Part shown: piece by piece, positions 1 to 10,058 of the stretch
Position numbering within the stretch: the stretch's first letter is position 1
Layout of the letters: every line of letters starts with the position of its first letter
Assembly: GCA_947629045.1 (NCBI GenBank)
Contig: CANRCF010000001.1
Coordinates: 2,333-66,332 of the forward strand
Origin: an uncultured Clostridia bacterium
GTDB taxonomy: Bacteria; Bacillota; Clostridia; TANB77; CAG-508
Length of the DNA: 64,000 nt
Direction: 5' to 3'
The notes under the pieces: model-generated
Seen by the model: the letters and a program-made list of their open reading frames with translations, nothing else
What the model was told of the DNA's origin: nothing
Databases searched by the model: none
Program-made: the position numbers and the translations under genes

Positions 1-270
1 TACTCCATAAGAGTTCCCTCCAAATACGCATTTAAAGCATATTTGTAGCCACATCTTACTTCATCGCCAAACACATGCTTAAATATTATATCGTACTTAT
101 AGCATAATGTCAACTAGTTTTTGAATTATTTTTTACTTTTGCATTTACTTTTTCATAATTGCTTTTAATATTTCAATTTATGATTAATTTTTTACTTAAT
201 TTTTAAAAGTTTGTTTCCACTTAAAACAACCTCCTCCCACTGTCTTGAAAGCCATTACCTCCATATCGCC

Positions 271-299
271 TTGAAAAATGAAAACTTTTGTGGTATAAT
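271..299 (+). promoter_or_regulatory. sigma-A-type promoter, possibly giving a leaderless mRNA
   Basis: TTGAAA (271-276), 17-nt spacer, TG-preceded TATAAT (294-299). The -10 ends 7 nt before ATG 307 with no Shine-Dalgarno in between. Confidence 0.45.
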
Positions 300-306
300 A
301 AAAAAG

Positions 307-747
307 ATGGCATATAGCCAAATAATAAAAAAGAGGTTGATAAAATCAATGGAAGAAAAAATCTACACGTACAATCTTCATATTGTAAAAAACAATTTGA
401 AGACGCAATTAGAGGATTTTACCATCATCCCTGAAAGCACTCTTGGTGCTCACATATTGCGGGACACTGGACACGCAGGTAAAATAACTCTCAACATTTC
501 TCGTCCAAAAAAGATGAAATTTGAATTTACTGTATCTGATGATGCAAAAGACATCTTCAAATCTTCTTCATTTTACAATTTGGCGGCTTCTCTTCAAAAA
601 TGTTTTATCCATCATTATTTCAAAAATGATGAAAGTGAAAATTCCACTTTATTAGTAATACAGTTTGTTGTTACTGATACAATGGCAATTGAACTTTTGG
701 ATAAATATCAGAAGAGACTTGAGGTTGTTGAACCTAAGCATCTTTGA
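307..747 (+). CDS. hypothetical protein (146 aa from first ATG; the ORF-track frame opens at 211)
   Basis: Long open frame in AT-rich DNA, ATG at the predicted transcription start, strong terminator downstream. No family recognised. Contains an in-frame CGG at 460-462. Confidence 0.55.
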   Translation: MAYSQIIKKRLIKSMEEKIYTYNLHIVKNNLKTQLEDFTIIPESTLGAHILRDTGHAGKITLNISRPKKMKFEFTVSDDAKDIFKSSSFYNLAASLQKCFIHHYFKNDESENSTLLVIQFVVTDTMAIELLDKYQKRLEVVEPKHL

Positions 748-755
748 TGCCTCTT

Positions 756-798
756 ACACACTCAAAACTATAAATTATGGTTTTGAGTGTGTTTTTAT
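756..798 (+). terminator. rho-independent terminator
   Basis: 13-bp stem ACACACTCAAAAC / GTTTTGAGTGTGT (756-768 / 780-792) followed by TTTTTATT. Confidence 0.7.
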
Positions 799-912
799 TA
801 TGAAACAACAAGTTTCTCGGTACCACCACAATCTTTGATTGTGATGGTGGGTAAGGTTCTTATTTTTTTAAAATTTTTTCTATATAATAATTATTTTTCT
901 TATAATACAAAA

Positions 913-940
913 AAGAGATACTATTTAAAGTACCTCTCTT
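913..940 (-). terminator. probable spoVG terminator
   Basis: Imperfect hairpin AGAGAGGTAC..GTATCTCT on the minus strand followed by a T-run. Confidence 0.45.
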
Positions 941-956
941 GTTTTTTAATTATTTA

Positions 957-1244
957 TTATTCTGCTGATTCTGTATCTGTAGTTTCCTCAGTTTCAGGAG
1001 CTTCATAAGCATCTAAAATTGCTTTTTGAATCTTCTCTCTAGTTTCAGCATTGATTGGATGTGCTATATCCTTGAATTCTCCGTTTGGAGTTTTTCTGCT
1101 TGGCATAGCAATAAATAATCCATTTTGACTTTCGATAACTTTGATGTCATGAACAACAAATTCGTTATCAAATGTCACAGAAGCAACAGCTTTCATTCTG
1201 TTTTCTGAATTTACTTTTCTTAAACGTACATCTGTAATTTGCAT
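957..1244 (-). CDS. spoVG: septation/sporulation regulator SpoVG
   Basis: [11 protein letters not shown]...[20 protein letters not shown] is the canonical SpoVG sequence. AAGGTGG RBS precedes ATG 1244. The ORF-track N-terminal extension to 1310 lies upstream of that RBS. Confidence 0.93.
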   Translation of the reverse strand: MQITDVRLRKVNSENRMKAVASVTFDNEFVVHDIKVIESQNGLFIAMPSRKTPNGEFKDIAHPINAETREKIQKAILDAYEAPETEETTDTESAE

Positions 1245-1450
1245 TTTGTGTACCACCTTCCGCGTAAAATTTTGTACATCTTTTTTATGTACATTTATAT
1301 TATTCGCCATGTTTTTGTTTTTTCCTTCTTTATTTTACAAAAATTTTTTATTTTCTTATTTTATGTATTTAATAGGATTCACTCTTTTTTTGCATTTAGC
1401 ATATAATATACAAATTGTTTATTATATTATGTAAAAAACTATTAAAAATG

Positions 1451-1479
1451 TTGAAATTTACTATAAAAGAGTGTATAAT
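1451..1479 (+). promoter_or_regulatory. sigma-A-type promoter upstream of murC
   Basis: TTGAAA (1451-1456), 17-nt spacer, TATAAT (1474-1479). Confidence 0.45.
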
Positions 1480-1588
1480 ATTCAAAGCTTGTATTAAAGT
1501 GTATATTATTTAAGAATATATAAACCTATTGATGTTACTCATATATTCTAAGATATTAATAATTTTGAAGATTAGGAGAGTGTTTTCT

Positions 1589-2977
1589 TTGGCAAGTATA
1601 GAAGAATTAAAACAATACAAGAACATACATATGATAGGTATTGGTGGAATTAGTATGAGTGGAATTGCTGAAATTTTAAAGTTTTGGGGATTCCATGTTA
1701 CAGGCTCTGATTCTACTGCATCTGAAGTAACAGAAAAGCTTATAAAAAGCGGTATTCCTGTTACTATTGGTCATGATTTAGTTAATTTGATTAGAGCTGA
1801 TATAGTAGTTTATAGTGCTGCTATCAAACCAGATGATTTAGAATTAGTTAAAGCTAGAGAACTTAATATACCAACCATAGACAGAGGAACTTTTTTAGGT
1901 AAAATTACAAAGGCCTTTCATAAGAGTATTTGTATTTCTGGTACACATGGAAAAACTACTACTACTTCTATGATTTCTATGTGCTTCTTAGAAGCTGGAA
2001 AAGATCCTTCAATTCAGGTTGGTGCTTATTTAAAACCTATTAATGGTAATTATCGTGTTGGAGCAAGTGAATATTTTATTATTGAAGCTTGTGAGTATAC
2101 AGACAGCTACTTGAAGCTATTTCCTAATACTGAAATTATTTTAAATATAGATAATGATCATTTAGATTATTTTGGTACTTTTGATAATATAGTGGCATCT
2201 TTCCAAAAATATGTTAAATTATTACCTGAAAATGGATTATTAGTTTTTAACTTTGATGATAAAAATTGTAGAAAAATTGCCAAAGAGGCTATTTGTAAAA
2301 CAGTTTCTTATAGCATTGAAAATGCAAATGCTAATTTCGTTGCTAGAAATATTAATTTTGATAAAAATGGATTTGCTCATTTTGATGTTTACTATAATAA
2401 TTATTTTTATAAGACAATCGCTCTTTCTGTTCCAGGAATGCACAATGTATTAAATGCATTAGCTTGCATTGCTACATGCCATGAATATGGATTAGAAAAA
2501 GAAGAAATAAAAAAAGCTTTATCAAATTTTACAGGTTCTCATAGAAGATTTGAATATATAGGTTCTTTTAATCAAGGCGTTAGTGTTTTCGATGATTATG
2601 GCCATCATCCTACAGAAATTTTAGCTACTAGCCAAGCTTTAAGTAAAAAACAATGTAGACAGTCTTGGGTTGTATTTCAACCTCATACTTATAGTAGAAC
2701 TAAGTTTTTGCTACATGACTTTGCTAAGGCATTACTTGATTTTGATCATGTTATTGTTACAGATATTTATGCTGCGAGAGAAGATAATACTTATAATATC
2801 TCTTCTATGGATTTAGTAAATGTTTTAAATGATGTGTATCATAAGCAAGCTATTTATATTTCTGATTTTAGTGAAATTGTAAAATATCTAAAAGAGCACA
2901 CTATTAAAGGTGATATAGTTCTTACATTAGGTGCTGGCACCATTACAAATATAGGTTCTATGCTTTGCGATAGTTAA
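1589..2977 (+). CDS. murC: UDP-N-acetylmuramate--L-alanine ligase
   Basis: IHMIGIGGISMSGIAEIL, GTHGKTTTTSM and DDYGHHPTEI are Mur ligase/MurC motifs. TTG start at 1589 lies 8 nt after AGGAGAG. The ORF-track frame opens at 1529. Confidence 0.93.
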   Translation: MASIEELKQYKNIHMIGIGGISMSGIAEILKFWGFHVTGSDSTASEVTEKLIKSGIPVTIGHDLVNLIRADIVVYSAAIKPDDLELVKARELNIPTIDRGTFLGKITKAFHKSICISGTHGKTTTTSMISMCFLEAGKDPSIQVGAYLKPINGNYRVGASEYFIIEACEYTDSYLKLFPNTEIILNIDNDHLDYFGTFDNIVASFQKYVKLLPENGLLVFNFDDKNCRKIAKEAICKTVSYSIENANANFVARNINFDKNGFAHFDVYYNNYFYKTIALSVPGMHNVLNALACIATCHEYGLEKEEIKKALSNFTGSHRRFEYIGSFNQGVSVFDDYGHHPTEILATSQALSKKQCRQSWVVFQPHTYSRTKFLLHDFAKALLDFDHVIVTDIYAAREDNTYNISSMDLVNVLNDVYHKQAIYISDFSEIVKYLKEHTIKGDIVLTLGAGTITNIGSMLCDS

Positions 2978-2989
2978 AAAAGTTATAAA

Positions 2990-3022
2990 AAAAAACAATA
3001 TAATTAATTATATTGTTTTTTT
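2990..3022 (+). terminator. rho-independent terminator after murC
   Basis: Palindrome AAAACAATATAATTAATTATATTGTTTT followed by a T-run. Confidence 0.6.
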
Positions 3023-3079
3023 ATTACGAAGTAACAATGTTTCTATCTAAAATTATTATTAAATATTACAATTTTATCT

Positions 3080-4186
3080 TTAATAATCTTGAGTACTTAT
3101 AGTTGGAAATTTAAACGTAGAGCCCTTTTCAGAAAATACTCCTCCCTCTTTATGATCCTGTGATAAAGTTGTTGAACCTTTTAAGAAGTATTTATTTCTT
3201 CTTTCCTCTGTAAGTTCTGCTCCATTTAACAATATTGGATCATCCCATGTAACATCTACGGCATACCATTGGCTATTTAGTTGCAAATAATTCCATGCAT
3301 GATTTTCCTGTTTTCCTTCTGAATTAGTTGCTGTACCTGATACTAAAACACAAGATACATTTATTTGTTCTAATACATATTTAAATAATTTAGAATAACC
3401 TTCACAATTTGCTTTTTGCTCTAATAATGGTCCATAAATATTAGAGCCATTTTTACTTTCTTTATCATATTGTATATGTCTAACTAGCCATTCATGCACT
3501 TTAACTACTTTTTGATATACGCTATCTCCTTGTGTTTGTTCTATTACTTGATTCATCATATATTTTACTTGTCTTTGGGCTTTTTCTACATCAGCTTGAG
3601 TTGGGAATTCAGCTTTTAAATAATTTCCCTCTCCTCTTGGTTCAACAGTAACATTATATGTGTTTATTCCACCTATAGAAGTATATTGTGTTATTAATGT
3701 TACTTTAGATGTATCTACATAAAATAAATCTGCATGATCGTAATTAAATGCATCCCAAGCATCTTGAAAAGCTTTATTTAGCTCCTCTGTTCCATTGTCA
3801 GTATGCAAAAGTGTATTAAACTCACTTCCAAAGTCAAATACATAAGTTCCTGTTTTAAACTTGTCCTTATCATTCTTAAATTTATCATAGATAGTTTTTC
3901 CTACATTATTTAATTGGTTATAATAATATGATGTAGATGCTATTTCAAAGTTAGTAGGAAGATCACTATTACCGCCTACATCATTAAAGTTAGGAACATA
4001 CGTATTTTGATTTTGTGAATTTGGATCTTCTGTATTTTCTACATTACTTCCAGTATTTTGTAAATCATTATTTGAAACTTCTTTACTTTCACGAGCTCTT
4101 AGTAAAAAGATTTCTGTTAATATTGCTGCTAGTATAACAGCTGATACAATTATGACAATAATAATAATTTTTTTTGATTTTTCCAT
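3080..4186 (-). CDS. membrane-anchored transglutaminase-like cysteine peptidase domain protein
   Basis: N-terminal TM helix. C-terminal core has CEGYSKLF ... HAWN ... DVTWDD (Cys-His-Asp transglutaminase-core pattern). Confidence 0.75.
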   Translation of the reverse strand: MEKSKKIIIIVIIVSAVILAAILTEIFLLRARESKEVSNNDLQNTGSNVENTEDPNSQNQNTYVPNFNDVGGNSDLPTNFEIASTSYYYNQLNNVGKTIYDKFKNDKDKFKTGTYVFDFGSEFNTLLHTDNGTEELNKAFQDAWDAFNYDHADLFYVDTSKVTLITQYTSIGGINTYNVTVEPRGEGNYLKAEFPTQADVEKAQRQVKYMMNQVIEQTQGDSVYQKVVKVHEWLVRHIQYDKESKNGSNIYGPLLEQKANCEGYSKLFKYVLEQINVSCVLVSGTATNSEGKQENHAWNYLQLNSQWYAVDVTWDDPILLNGAELTEERRNKYFLKGSTTLSQDHKEGGVFSEKGSTFKFPTISTQDY

Positions 4187-4196
4187 TGCTTTCTCC

Positions 4197-5399
4197 TCAC
4201 TTTATTTCTTTCATTTGCTTTAACATCATATCTGCAAATACGCCATAACCTAAACTAGGATCATTTACTAATACATGGGTTACTGCACCTACAAATTTTC
4301 CATTCTGAATAATTGGTGCCCCACTCATTCCTTGTATAATTCCTCCAGTTTTTTGTAATAAATCTTCGTCTATTACTTTTATTAGCATACTTTTATTATC
4401 TTGATTATTATTTGTAAATACTTTTTGAATTTCAATATCATAATATTCTCTTTTTCCATTTTCCAATTCGCAAATAATTTGTGCTTTATCTGTTTTTATT
4501 TCATTTCTTAGTGCTACATCCATAATATTTTGCTTTGAAATTAAGTATGATGACTGATTTAATGTTCCAAATACACCAAAATTGGTATTTTTTGAAATAT
4601 CTCCAATGTCATAGCCCGATTCTATTGTTCCTCTAATTTCTCCAGGTTCGCCTTTTTTACCTTTTGATATTGATAATATATTTGTAGTTACTAATTCTCC
4701 TTTTTCAATTTTTATTAAAGTAGAAGTATCTACATCTAAAATTCCATGTCCTAGGCTAGCAAACATTTTAGATTCCGGTTCGTAAAACGTAAGAGTTCCT
4801 ACACCTGCTGCTGCATCCCTTACCCAAAGCCCTAATTTATATTCATTATCTTGATTTTTTACTGGTGTAATACTTGTTGTTATTGTTTCTTCATCATGTA
4901 TATATTGAATAGAAACTGCCTTTCCATTGCTTTTATTTACTATATTCATTAAATCTTCTGTTGTATCTATTTCATTTTTATCTATTTTGATAATTCTATC
5001 GCCCTCTTGAATACCTGAATTTTCATAAGGTTTTTTTCCTTCTATTTCTGACATTCCTACTACCAGCACACCATCAGTATATAACTTCATTCCTATTGCT
5101 GCTCCTATTGGAATTACTTTTGTTTTCGGTATAACATTTACGCTAATATTTTTTACTGAAAATAAATCAAATAATTTTAAACTTAAATCTACTTTTCCAG
5201 GCTCATAACTTTGATTTATTGTACTTACTGCTTGCAGTGTGTCTTTTTTCCCCTGAATGGAAAGACCAATTAATGTATAGATATTTAAGGTCTCTCCCTG
5301 CATAATAATATAACTATCTGGCAATAATGTAATATTACATACATATGAATATAAAATTATTAGAAAAAGAAGAAGTAATATTTTTGCTAATTTTTTCAT
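4197..5399 (-). CDS. spoIVB: SpoIVB peptidase (S55, stage IV sporulation)
   Basis: N-terminal TM helix, PDZ-like segment, GVGTLTFYEPESKMFASLGHGI and GMSGAPII motifs typical of SpoIVB. AAGGAG RBS. Confidence 0.85.
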   Translation of the reverse strand: MKKLAKILLLLFLIILYSYVCNITLLPDSYIIMQGETLNIYTLIGLSIQGKKDTLQAVSTINQSYEPGKVDLSLKLFDLFSVKNISVNVIPKTKVIPIGAAIGMKLYTDGVLVVGMSEIEGKKPYENSGIQEGDRIIKIDKNEIDTTEDLMNIVNKSNGKAVSIQYIHDEETITTSITPVKNQDNEYKLGLWVRDAAAGVGTLTFYEPESKMFASLGHGILDVDTSTLIKIEKGELVTTNILSISKGKKGEPGEIRGTIESGYDIGDISKNTNFGVFGTLNQSSYLISKQNIMDVALRNEIKTDKAQIICELENGKREYYDIEIQKVFTNNNQDNKSMLIKVIDEDLLQKTGGIIQGMSGAPIIQNGKFVGAVTHVLVNDPSLGYGVFADMMLKQMKEIK

Positions 5400-5549
5400 A
5401 AATATAGTCTCCTTTTATAACTTTTTATATTAGGATAACCATATTTTTTTATTTTAAACTTTTACTAATTTTTTTGCTAATAATTTATATTTTTATAGTT
5501 TATATTTATCTAAATACTTTACATATGCTTTTATAATTTATATATACTA

Positions 5550-7439
5550 TTAATTATTAAATCCACCCATGTTTGCTTGATATAAGTCATGCCTTTCTCT
5601 TGCTAACGCTGTTAAATAATATTGTCTAACTGCTCTTAGAGTTAAATCTGTATTTCTAGAACCAGAAACATCTATTATAGTGCTATCTTCCCAATCTGCA
5701 TCTTTTCCTATGATTTTACCTTTTATTATATCATCTGTAGAATATATATTTGATGCATTAACTATACAATAATAACATGAAGTTAAACCTTTAGTACGTG
5801 TGCTTTTATCGCTAATTGCTGTACTATCTACTCTTGTTTGTGGATAAAAGTAAAGATAATTTCCTTCTGAAATTCTAACAGTTTGCCTTAAAAAACTTAA
5901 ATTAGAATATGCTCCTTCTATTATATAATTTTTACTAATTGATGACACATCATAGTCCATTAAATGATTACAACCAGGTAAATGATATTCGCGCTCTTTT
6001 GTTGCAACATTTTGTGTAACAATATAAATATTATCTTTTTTTACTACTTCTTCATTATCATTATTTGTTATTACACAATAATTATTATAAATTTTAAAGC
6101 CTATTGGAAGTCCTTGTAAAAATGAAATTACAGAAACATTATTAGTAATTTTTTCCCAGTCTATTTCACTTAATTCTGGAAATGCATATTCATAATAATT
6201 TGTAGAATATTTACTATAATTTGCTATTGCTGAAGCCAAATTTGTTTTTATAGATTCACGAATAACTTGCATACGATTTTCATCAAAAGTTGATTTAGTA
6301 AGTAATGGATCGTTGTTAGCATCTGTAACAAAAATTTCAGCATTACCAGTATTTTCATCAAAGGTAATTTGTTCTCCATCTGAGTTAACAGCATTTAGTT
6401 GTGAAATTCCGTCTGTTAATATTGCTACTTTTTCACTAAATGTTTTTGCATCCCTATAATATTCGTATGCACTTGTACTATGTAATACCCCATCATATGT
6501 TCTTAATCTTAAATAACTAAATTTAGCAATATCTGCAGCACTACTTGAAGTTTCATTAAGATATGCTTTAGCATAATTTTGATAATAAAAATATCTTCCA
6601 TTAGAATTATCATAATATATTTTTTGACCATTATATACAAGATAAGTATAATCTCCACTATCATAAAATGTATCATTATTTTCATCCGTAGAAAAAAGTA
6701 AATGTTCAGTTAAAACTTCTGGTTTTATTGTTACACCGTTATATTCTAAGCTCCAATTTCTTGGATCACTACCACCTCTAACATTTTGAACATAAGCTGG
6801 ATTTATTAAATATCCTGATAAGGTTTGGTATGAATAGCCAGTACCAGTTAAATTTGGTAAATTTCCATAAATAGTAATTGCATTATCTAATGTATAATTT
6901 ACTACAAAATCTCTTTTATCACTAGAATTATTTCCTTTGTATCTACATGAATAATAGATATATGGCTTTAATCCGCTTGTAACATAATCATCACTTGTAC
7001 TTAATGTTTGTTCATCTGTAAAAAGCTTCATATTTAAACTACTAACATCGTCTACTACATCAGTAACATCACTTTTTGGAATTACATTATCATATTTACT
7101 ATAAATATAATAGCCATCATACATTGTAAAAACAAGTGCTGGAACATACATATCTAAAGCTTCTTGCGATAATTTTCCACTACTTGTTAGCGTATTATAA
7201 AATGTATTTACAGAAGCTTGTATATCTCTAATTTTTGAATCACTTATACTTGAATATCTATTATTTACAGTGTTTATTTTAAACGCTTTTATAGCATCAT
7301 ACGTAGCATTTGTTAATTTAGAATTATATTCATTTTGTAAATCTATTGTAGTTATCTGTGAATTTATGTATGATGTTGTAGCGATTACAATTGGTACTAT
7401 TATAATAATGAAAATTACTGCAATGTATTGTATTTTCAT
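5550..7439 (-). CDS. large N-terminally anchored protein, last gene of the pilus-like operon (function unknown)
   Basis: ORF-track 5550..7460. The second ATG (7439, MKIQY) has the better RBS. Single N-terminal TM helix, Asn/Tyr/Ser-rich ectodomain, Cys pairs HLPGCNHL and CYYC. No family recognised. Confidence 0.5.
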   Translation of the reverse strand: MKIQYIAVIFIIIIVPIVIATTSYINSQITTIDLQNEYNSKLTNATYDAIKAFKINTVNNRYSSISDSKIRDIQASVNTFYNTLTSSGKLSQEALDMYVPALVFTMYDGYYIYSKYDNVIPKSDVTDVVDDVSSLNMKLFTDEQTLSTSDDYVTSGLKPYIYYSCRYKGNNSSDKRDFVVNYTLDNAITIYGNLPNLTGTGYSYQTLSGYLINPAYVQNVRGGSDPRNWSLEYNGVTIKPEVLTEHLLFSTDENNDTFYDSGDYTYLVYNGQKIYYDNSNGRYFYYQNYAKAYLNETSSSAADIAKFSYLRLRTYDGVLHSTSAYEYYRDAKTFSEKVAILTDGISQLNAVNSDGEQITFDENTGNAEIFVTDANNDPLLTKSTFDENRMQVIRESIKTNLASAIANYSKYSTNYYEYAFPELSEIDWEKITNNVSVISFLQGLPIGFKIYNNYCVITNNDNEEVVKKDNIYIVTQNVATKEREYHLPGCNHLMDYDVSSISKNYIIEGAYSNLSFLRQTVRISEGNYLYFYPQTRVDSTAISDKSTRTKGLTSCYYCIVNASNIYSTDDIIKGKIIGKDADWEDSTIIDVSGSRNTDLTLRAVRQYYLTALARERHDLYQANMGGFNN

Positions 7440-7578
7440 AAGTTTCCCTTTCTTCTTCATGTAATAAATCTATAAAAAAAGCCATTCTAAAAAATCTTTT
7501 ATAAATTTTCATTTATAAAAAGTACAATTTAGGACAGCCCTTTTATTATATGTTTATTTAATGTTTTAAAATAAGTGT

Positions 7579-8103
7579 TTAATTGCTTCCATTAACTGCC
7601 ACTATAGCAGATTCTTCTGCCATAATTTGATATGATTGGCTACCTGTTAATTGATAGAAAAAGTTTCTTAACAATTGTGCTATAGTTTGATTTGTATTTT
7701 TTACAGTAACTGCAATTAAATCTCCTTCTTTTAGTCTCATTCTACCACTTTTATTTAATTCATCTTCGATTTGAGTTGTGTATTTCTGATAATACAAGTT
7801 CTCCCCAATTTTAGTTTGTTCAGCTTGTGTTAATTTTACACCTGGGTTTTCATCTAATTGAAATATTCTTATATCTACATCAAAAGAATTTCCAGTAGCA
7901 TTAATTGTTTGTATATATTGCTCATAATCTGTTAATGTAAGCTTCCCAGTTGTTCTAACATCATTTACAAACTCGTCAGTTGCAGTTTTAACAGCCAATT
8001 CTGAAATATCGTCTGTTCTTTCTGCTAATGACATAAGAGGAAAAACAAACATTAGTATTGCGGCTAAAAATATTGCGATAACTGTAATTAATGAATCTCC
8101 CAT
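7579..8103 (-). CDS. pilin-like / TadE-like pseudopilin candidate
   Basis: Short N-terminus then hydrophobic helix MGDSLITVIAIFLAAILMFVF. AAGGAG RBS. Lies within the pilus operon. Confidence 0.5.
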   Translation of the reverse strand: MGDSLITVIAIFLAAILMFVFPLMSLAERTDDISELAVKTATDEFVNDVRTTGKLTLTDYEQYIQTINATGNSFDVDIRIFQLDENPGVKLTQAEQTKIGENLYYQKYTTQIEDELNKSGRMRLKEGDLIAVTVKNTNQTIAQLLRNFFYQLTGSQSYQIMAEESAIVAVNGSN

Positions 8104-8124
8104 AATAATACTCCTTTCTTTAAG

Positions 8125-8872
8125 TTATTTTACTAATTTATATACAATAACTCTTTTCTTTTGATTAACTTCTCTTCCTGCTTCATAACCACTTGTAACT
8201 TTTGTTTTATAGTTATATTCTCCTAGCATTTCTTTAATCTTATAGCCATTATTAATATAACTTTCAATTACAGATATAAATCCTCCATCTCTCTGAAAAT
8301 ATGTATAAGACGCATTATTACCATCTGCATCAACCGTCCCGATCTGCACTTGAAGAAAAATATCTATAAGGTGTTCCATTTAAAAAGCAATCTATATTTT
8401 TCTTATATTCTTCTGGTGAACTTGTCCATGGCTCGTGCCTTAAAACTTCTTCATCAACATCAAAGGTAAATATACCATCATCAAGTGTGTATTCATCATC
8501 ATCATCTACAATTGTATACTTTCCTATACTGTCTCCTGCACCTTTGCCCCATATCTCAGTAGGAACTTGACTTTCATATAAATAAAATGGTTCTGTTTTT
8601 TTAGTTGAACTGTTTTCTTGTAAAAAAACTACAGTATAATTTTCTTTATAATATTTATATAAGGTAGGGATTATAGTTTCTAACCCTACCTCCCTAAATT
8701 TTAAACTTGAATCTGCTAAATTATATTGGTAATAATTTGTAATATCAGTAGAACTAATAAGTATTTTTGATACTCTGTTTAGTTGTGAAAACATAGTAAT
8801 AGCAATTGTTAATGCCATTACAAGAACTAATACCGCAAAAGCCATTTTCAAAGCATCTGTTGCATTTTCCAT
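8125..8872 (-). CDS. pilin-like protein, split into two frames (8330..8872 and 8125..8379); frame break candidate at CGG 8339-8341
   Basis: N-terminus MENATDALKMAFAVLVLVMALTIAITMF resembles the three MENASKAL paralogs. The two ORFs overlap by 50 nt. Skipping C at 8341 joins ...SSSAD to GTVDADGNN... Confidence 0.5.
8339..8341 (-). other. in-frame CGG at frame break (1-nt insertion or +1 recoding candidate)
   Basis: Minus strand gca gat CGG gac ggt tga. Reading gat-(c)-ggg acg gtt gat continues into ORF 8125..8379. Confidence 0.5.
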
Positions 8873-8935
8873 AATTCTACCACCCCATATAATTTTTTTC
8901 TACTTTTGTTTTCTCTTAAAGTAAAAATATATTTA

Positions 8936-9376
8936 TTATCCTTCAAGAGAAATACCTATAATTAAAGCAGAGTCATTGTCATATCCAAAATGCAATGTAT
9001 ATGTTTTTCCAGCCTTTAAGCCACTTTCAACACTATCAATAGCACTATTAACCGCATCTAATTGTTCAGTGTTAATAGTTGAGTTTGCACTTGCTCCTGT
9101 TGTTACTTTTACATATTGGCTTTCATCCTCAGCAGTTGTTCTATTATATGATTTTACAGTTTCACATAAAGCTCTTGCAGTTGTTCCATTAATTTTGCTT
9201 CCTTCACTACCATAGTTTGTAAATTTACTATTAATTGTTTGTACTTGTTGTTCATTTAAGTTTATTTTTCCCATTGCATTAGCTGCTTGTTGGTAAATAA
9301 ACATACCTAATCCTATAATTAAAATTGATAATAATATAGCTCCTGCTATAATTAATGCTTTTGACGCATTCTCCAT
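8936..9376 (-). CDS. pilin-like protein (MENASKAL family paralog)
   Basis: MENASKALIIAGAILLSILIIGLGMFIY: short polar leader ending K-A followed by a ~22-aa hydrophobic helix. AGGAGG RBS. Confidence 0.55.
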   Translation of the reverse strand: MENASKALIIAGAILLSILIIGLGMFIYQQAANAMGKINLNEQQVQTINSKFTNYGSEGSKINGTTARALCETVKSYNRTTAEDESQYVKVTTGASANSTINTEQLDAVNSAIDSVESGLKAGKTYTLHFGYDNDSALIIGISLEG

Positions 9377-9461
9377 AATAAAATTCCTCCTTTGTTTTTC
9401 TTTTAATTTTTTTATATTTAATTAGAGATTGCTCTAATATTAAAATCATTTTTTATACTGC

Positions 9462-9899
9462 TTAAATTGCTATTTCTTCAAAGTGCATACTTTTAATTTG
9501 TTTTGTTTCTTCATGATATTCTATATTAGTACATTTAAAACTTGCTCCTAAGTAAGCAGAAACAAAATCCTCTGATGTTCTTTTTGCTATATCTTCCATA
9601 CGAATTATATTATCATTTAATAGAAATTTAACAGTTATTATAATAGAATTTTTTCCATTATCTTCATATAAATTACTATTTTCTACTTTTTCTACCTTAT
9701 TTTTCTCATTATCATCTATAGCTTTATTTATTATACTAATTAAGGTAGTTGCTTCTATTTCTGTATTTTGATATTTTTCGTATGTTTTATTTGTTTCTTC
9801 TGCTAAACTTACCATACGTCTAGTATTGTACACATAATAGCTAGCAATTGCAAGTATTATTAAAAAAATTATTAAAATTATTATTAAAGTTTTTTTCAT
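9462..9899 (-). CDS. N-terminally anchored small protein of the pilus operon
   Basis: MKKTLIIILIIFLIILAIASYYVY signal-anchor. No family recognised. Confidence 0.45.
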   Translation of the reverse strand: MKKTLIIILIIFLIILAIASYYVYNTRRMVSLAEETNKTYEKYQNTEIEATTLISIINKAIDDNEKNKVEKVENSNLYEDNGKNSIIITVKFLLNDNIIRMEDIAKRTSEDFVSAYLGASFKCTNIEYHEETKQIKSMHFEEIAI

Positions 9900-10058
9900 T
9901 TGACATTATTTCCTTTATTATAACATTATTTGAAATAATTTGCAATCAAATTTATAGTTTAATTTTATTACAATTTTGTCTTATTTTTGCTTATAATTTT
10001 CATTTTTATCTATATTTTATTTTTGTTATAATTTATATGCTTTTATCTATTTTTTACT

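Noticed and set aside
1-74. Possible 5' end of a minus-strand gene running off the window start (GTG at 74, MFGDEVRCGYKYALNAYLEGTLME...)
   Set aside because: Only ~24 codons are visible, with no RBS and no recognisable family, which is not enough to support a call.
787-1008. 73-aa plus-strand ORF between the first gene and spoVG
   Set aside because: It spans two terminator hairpins and AT-rich spacer, has a low-complexity translation and overlaps the spoVG 3' end.
1245-1310. N-terminal 22-codon extension of spoVG in the ORF track (it contains an in-frame CGG at 1260-1262)
   Set aside because: The canonical SpoVG N-terminus MQITDVRL starts at 1244 and is preceded by AAGGTGG. The extension overlaps that RBS, so this CGG is in the 5' UTR and was not counted.
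8351-8359. Homopolymer slippage (A5/T5 run) as the cause of the 8125/8872 split
   Set aside because: Not excluded for this one gene, because any 1-nt change in the 50-nt overlap restores the frame. It was given lower priority because the other four breaks are pinned by conserved motifs to a CGG and a CGG also lies in this overlap.
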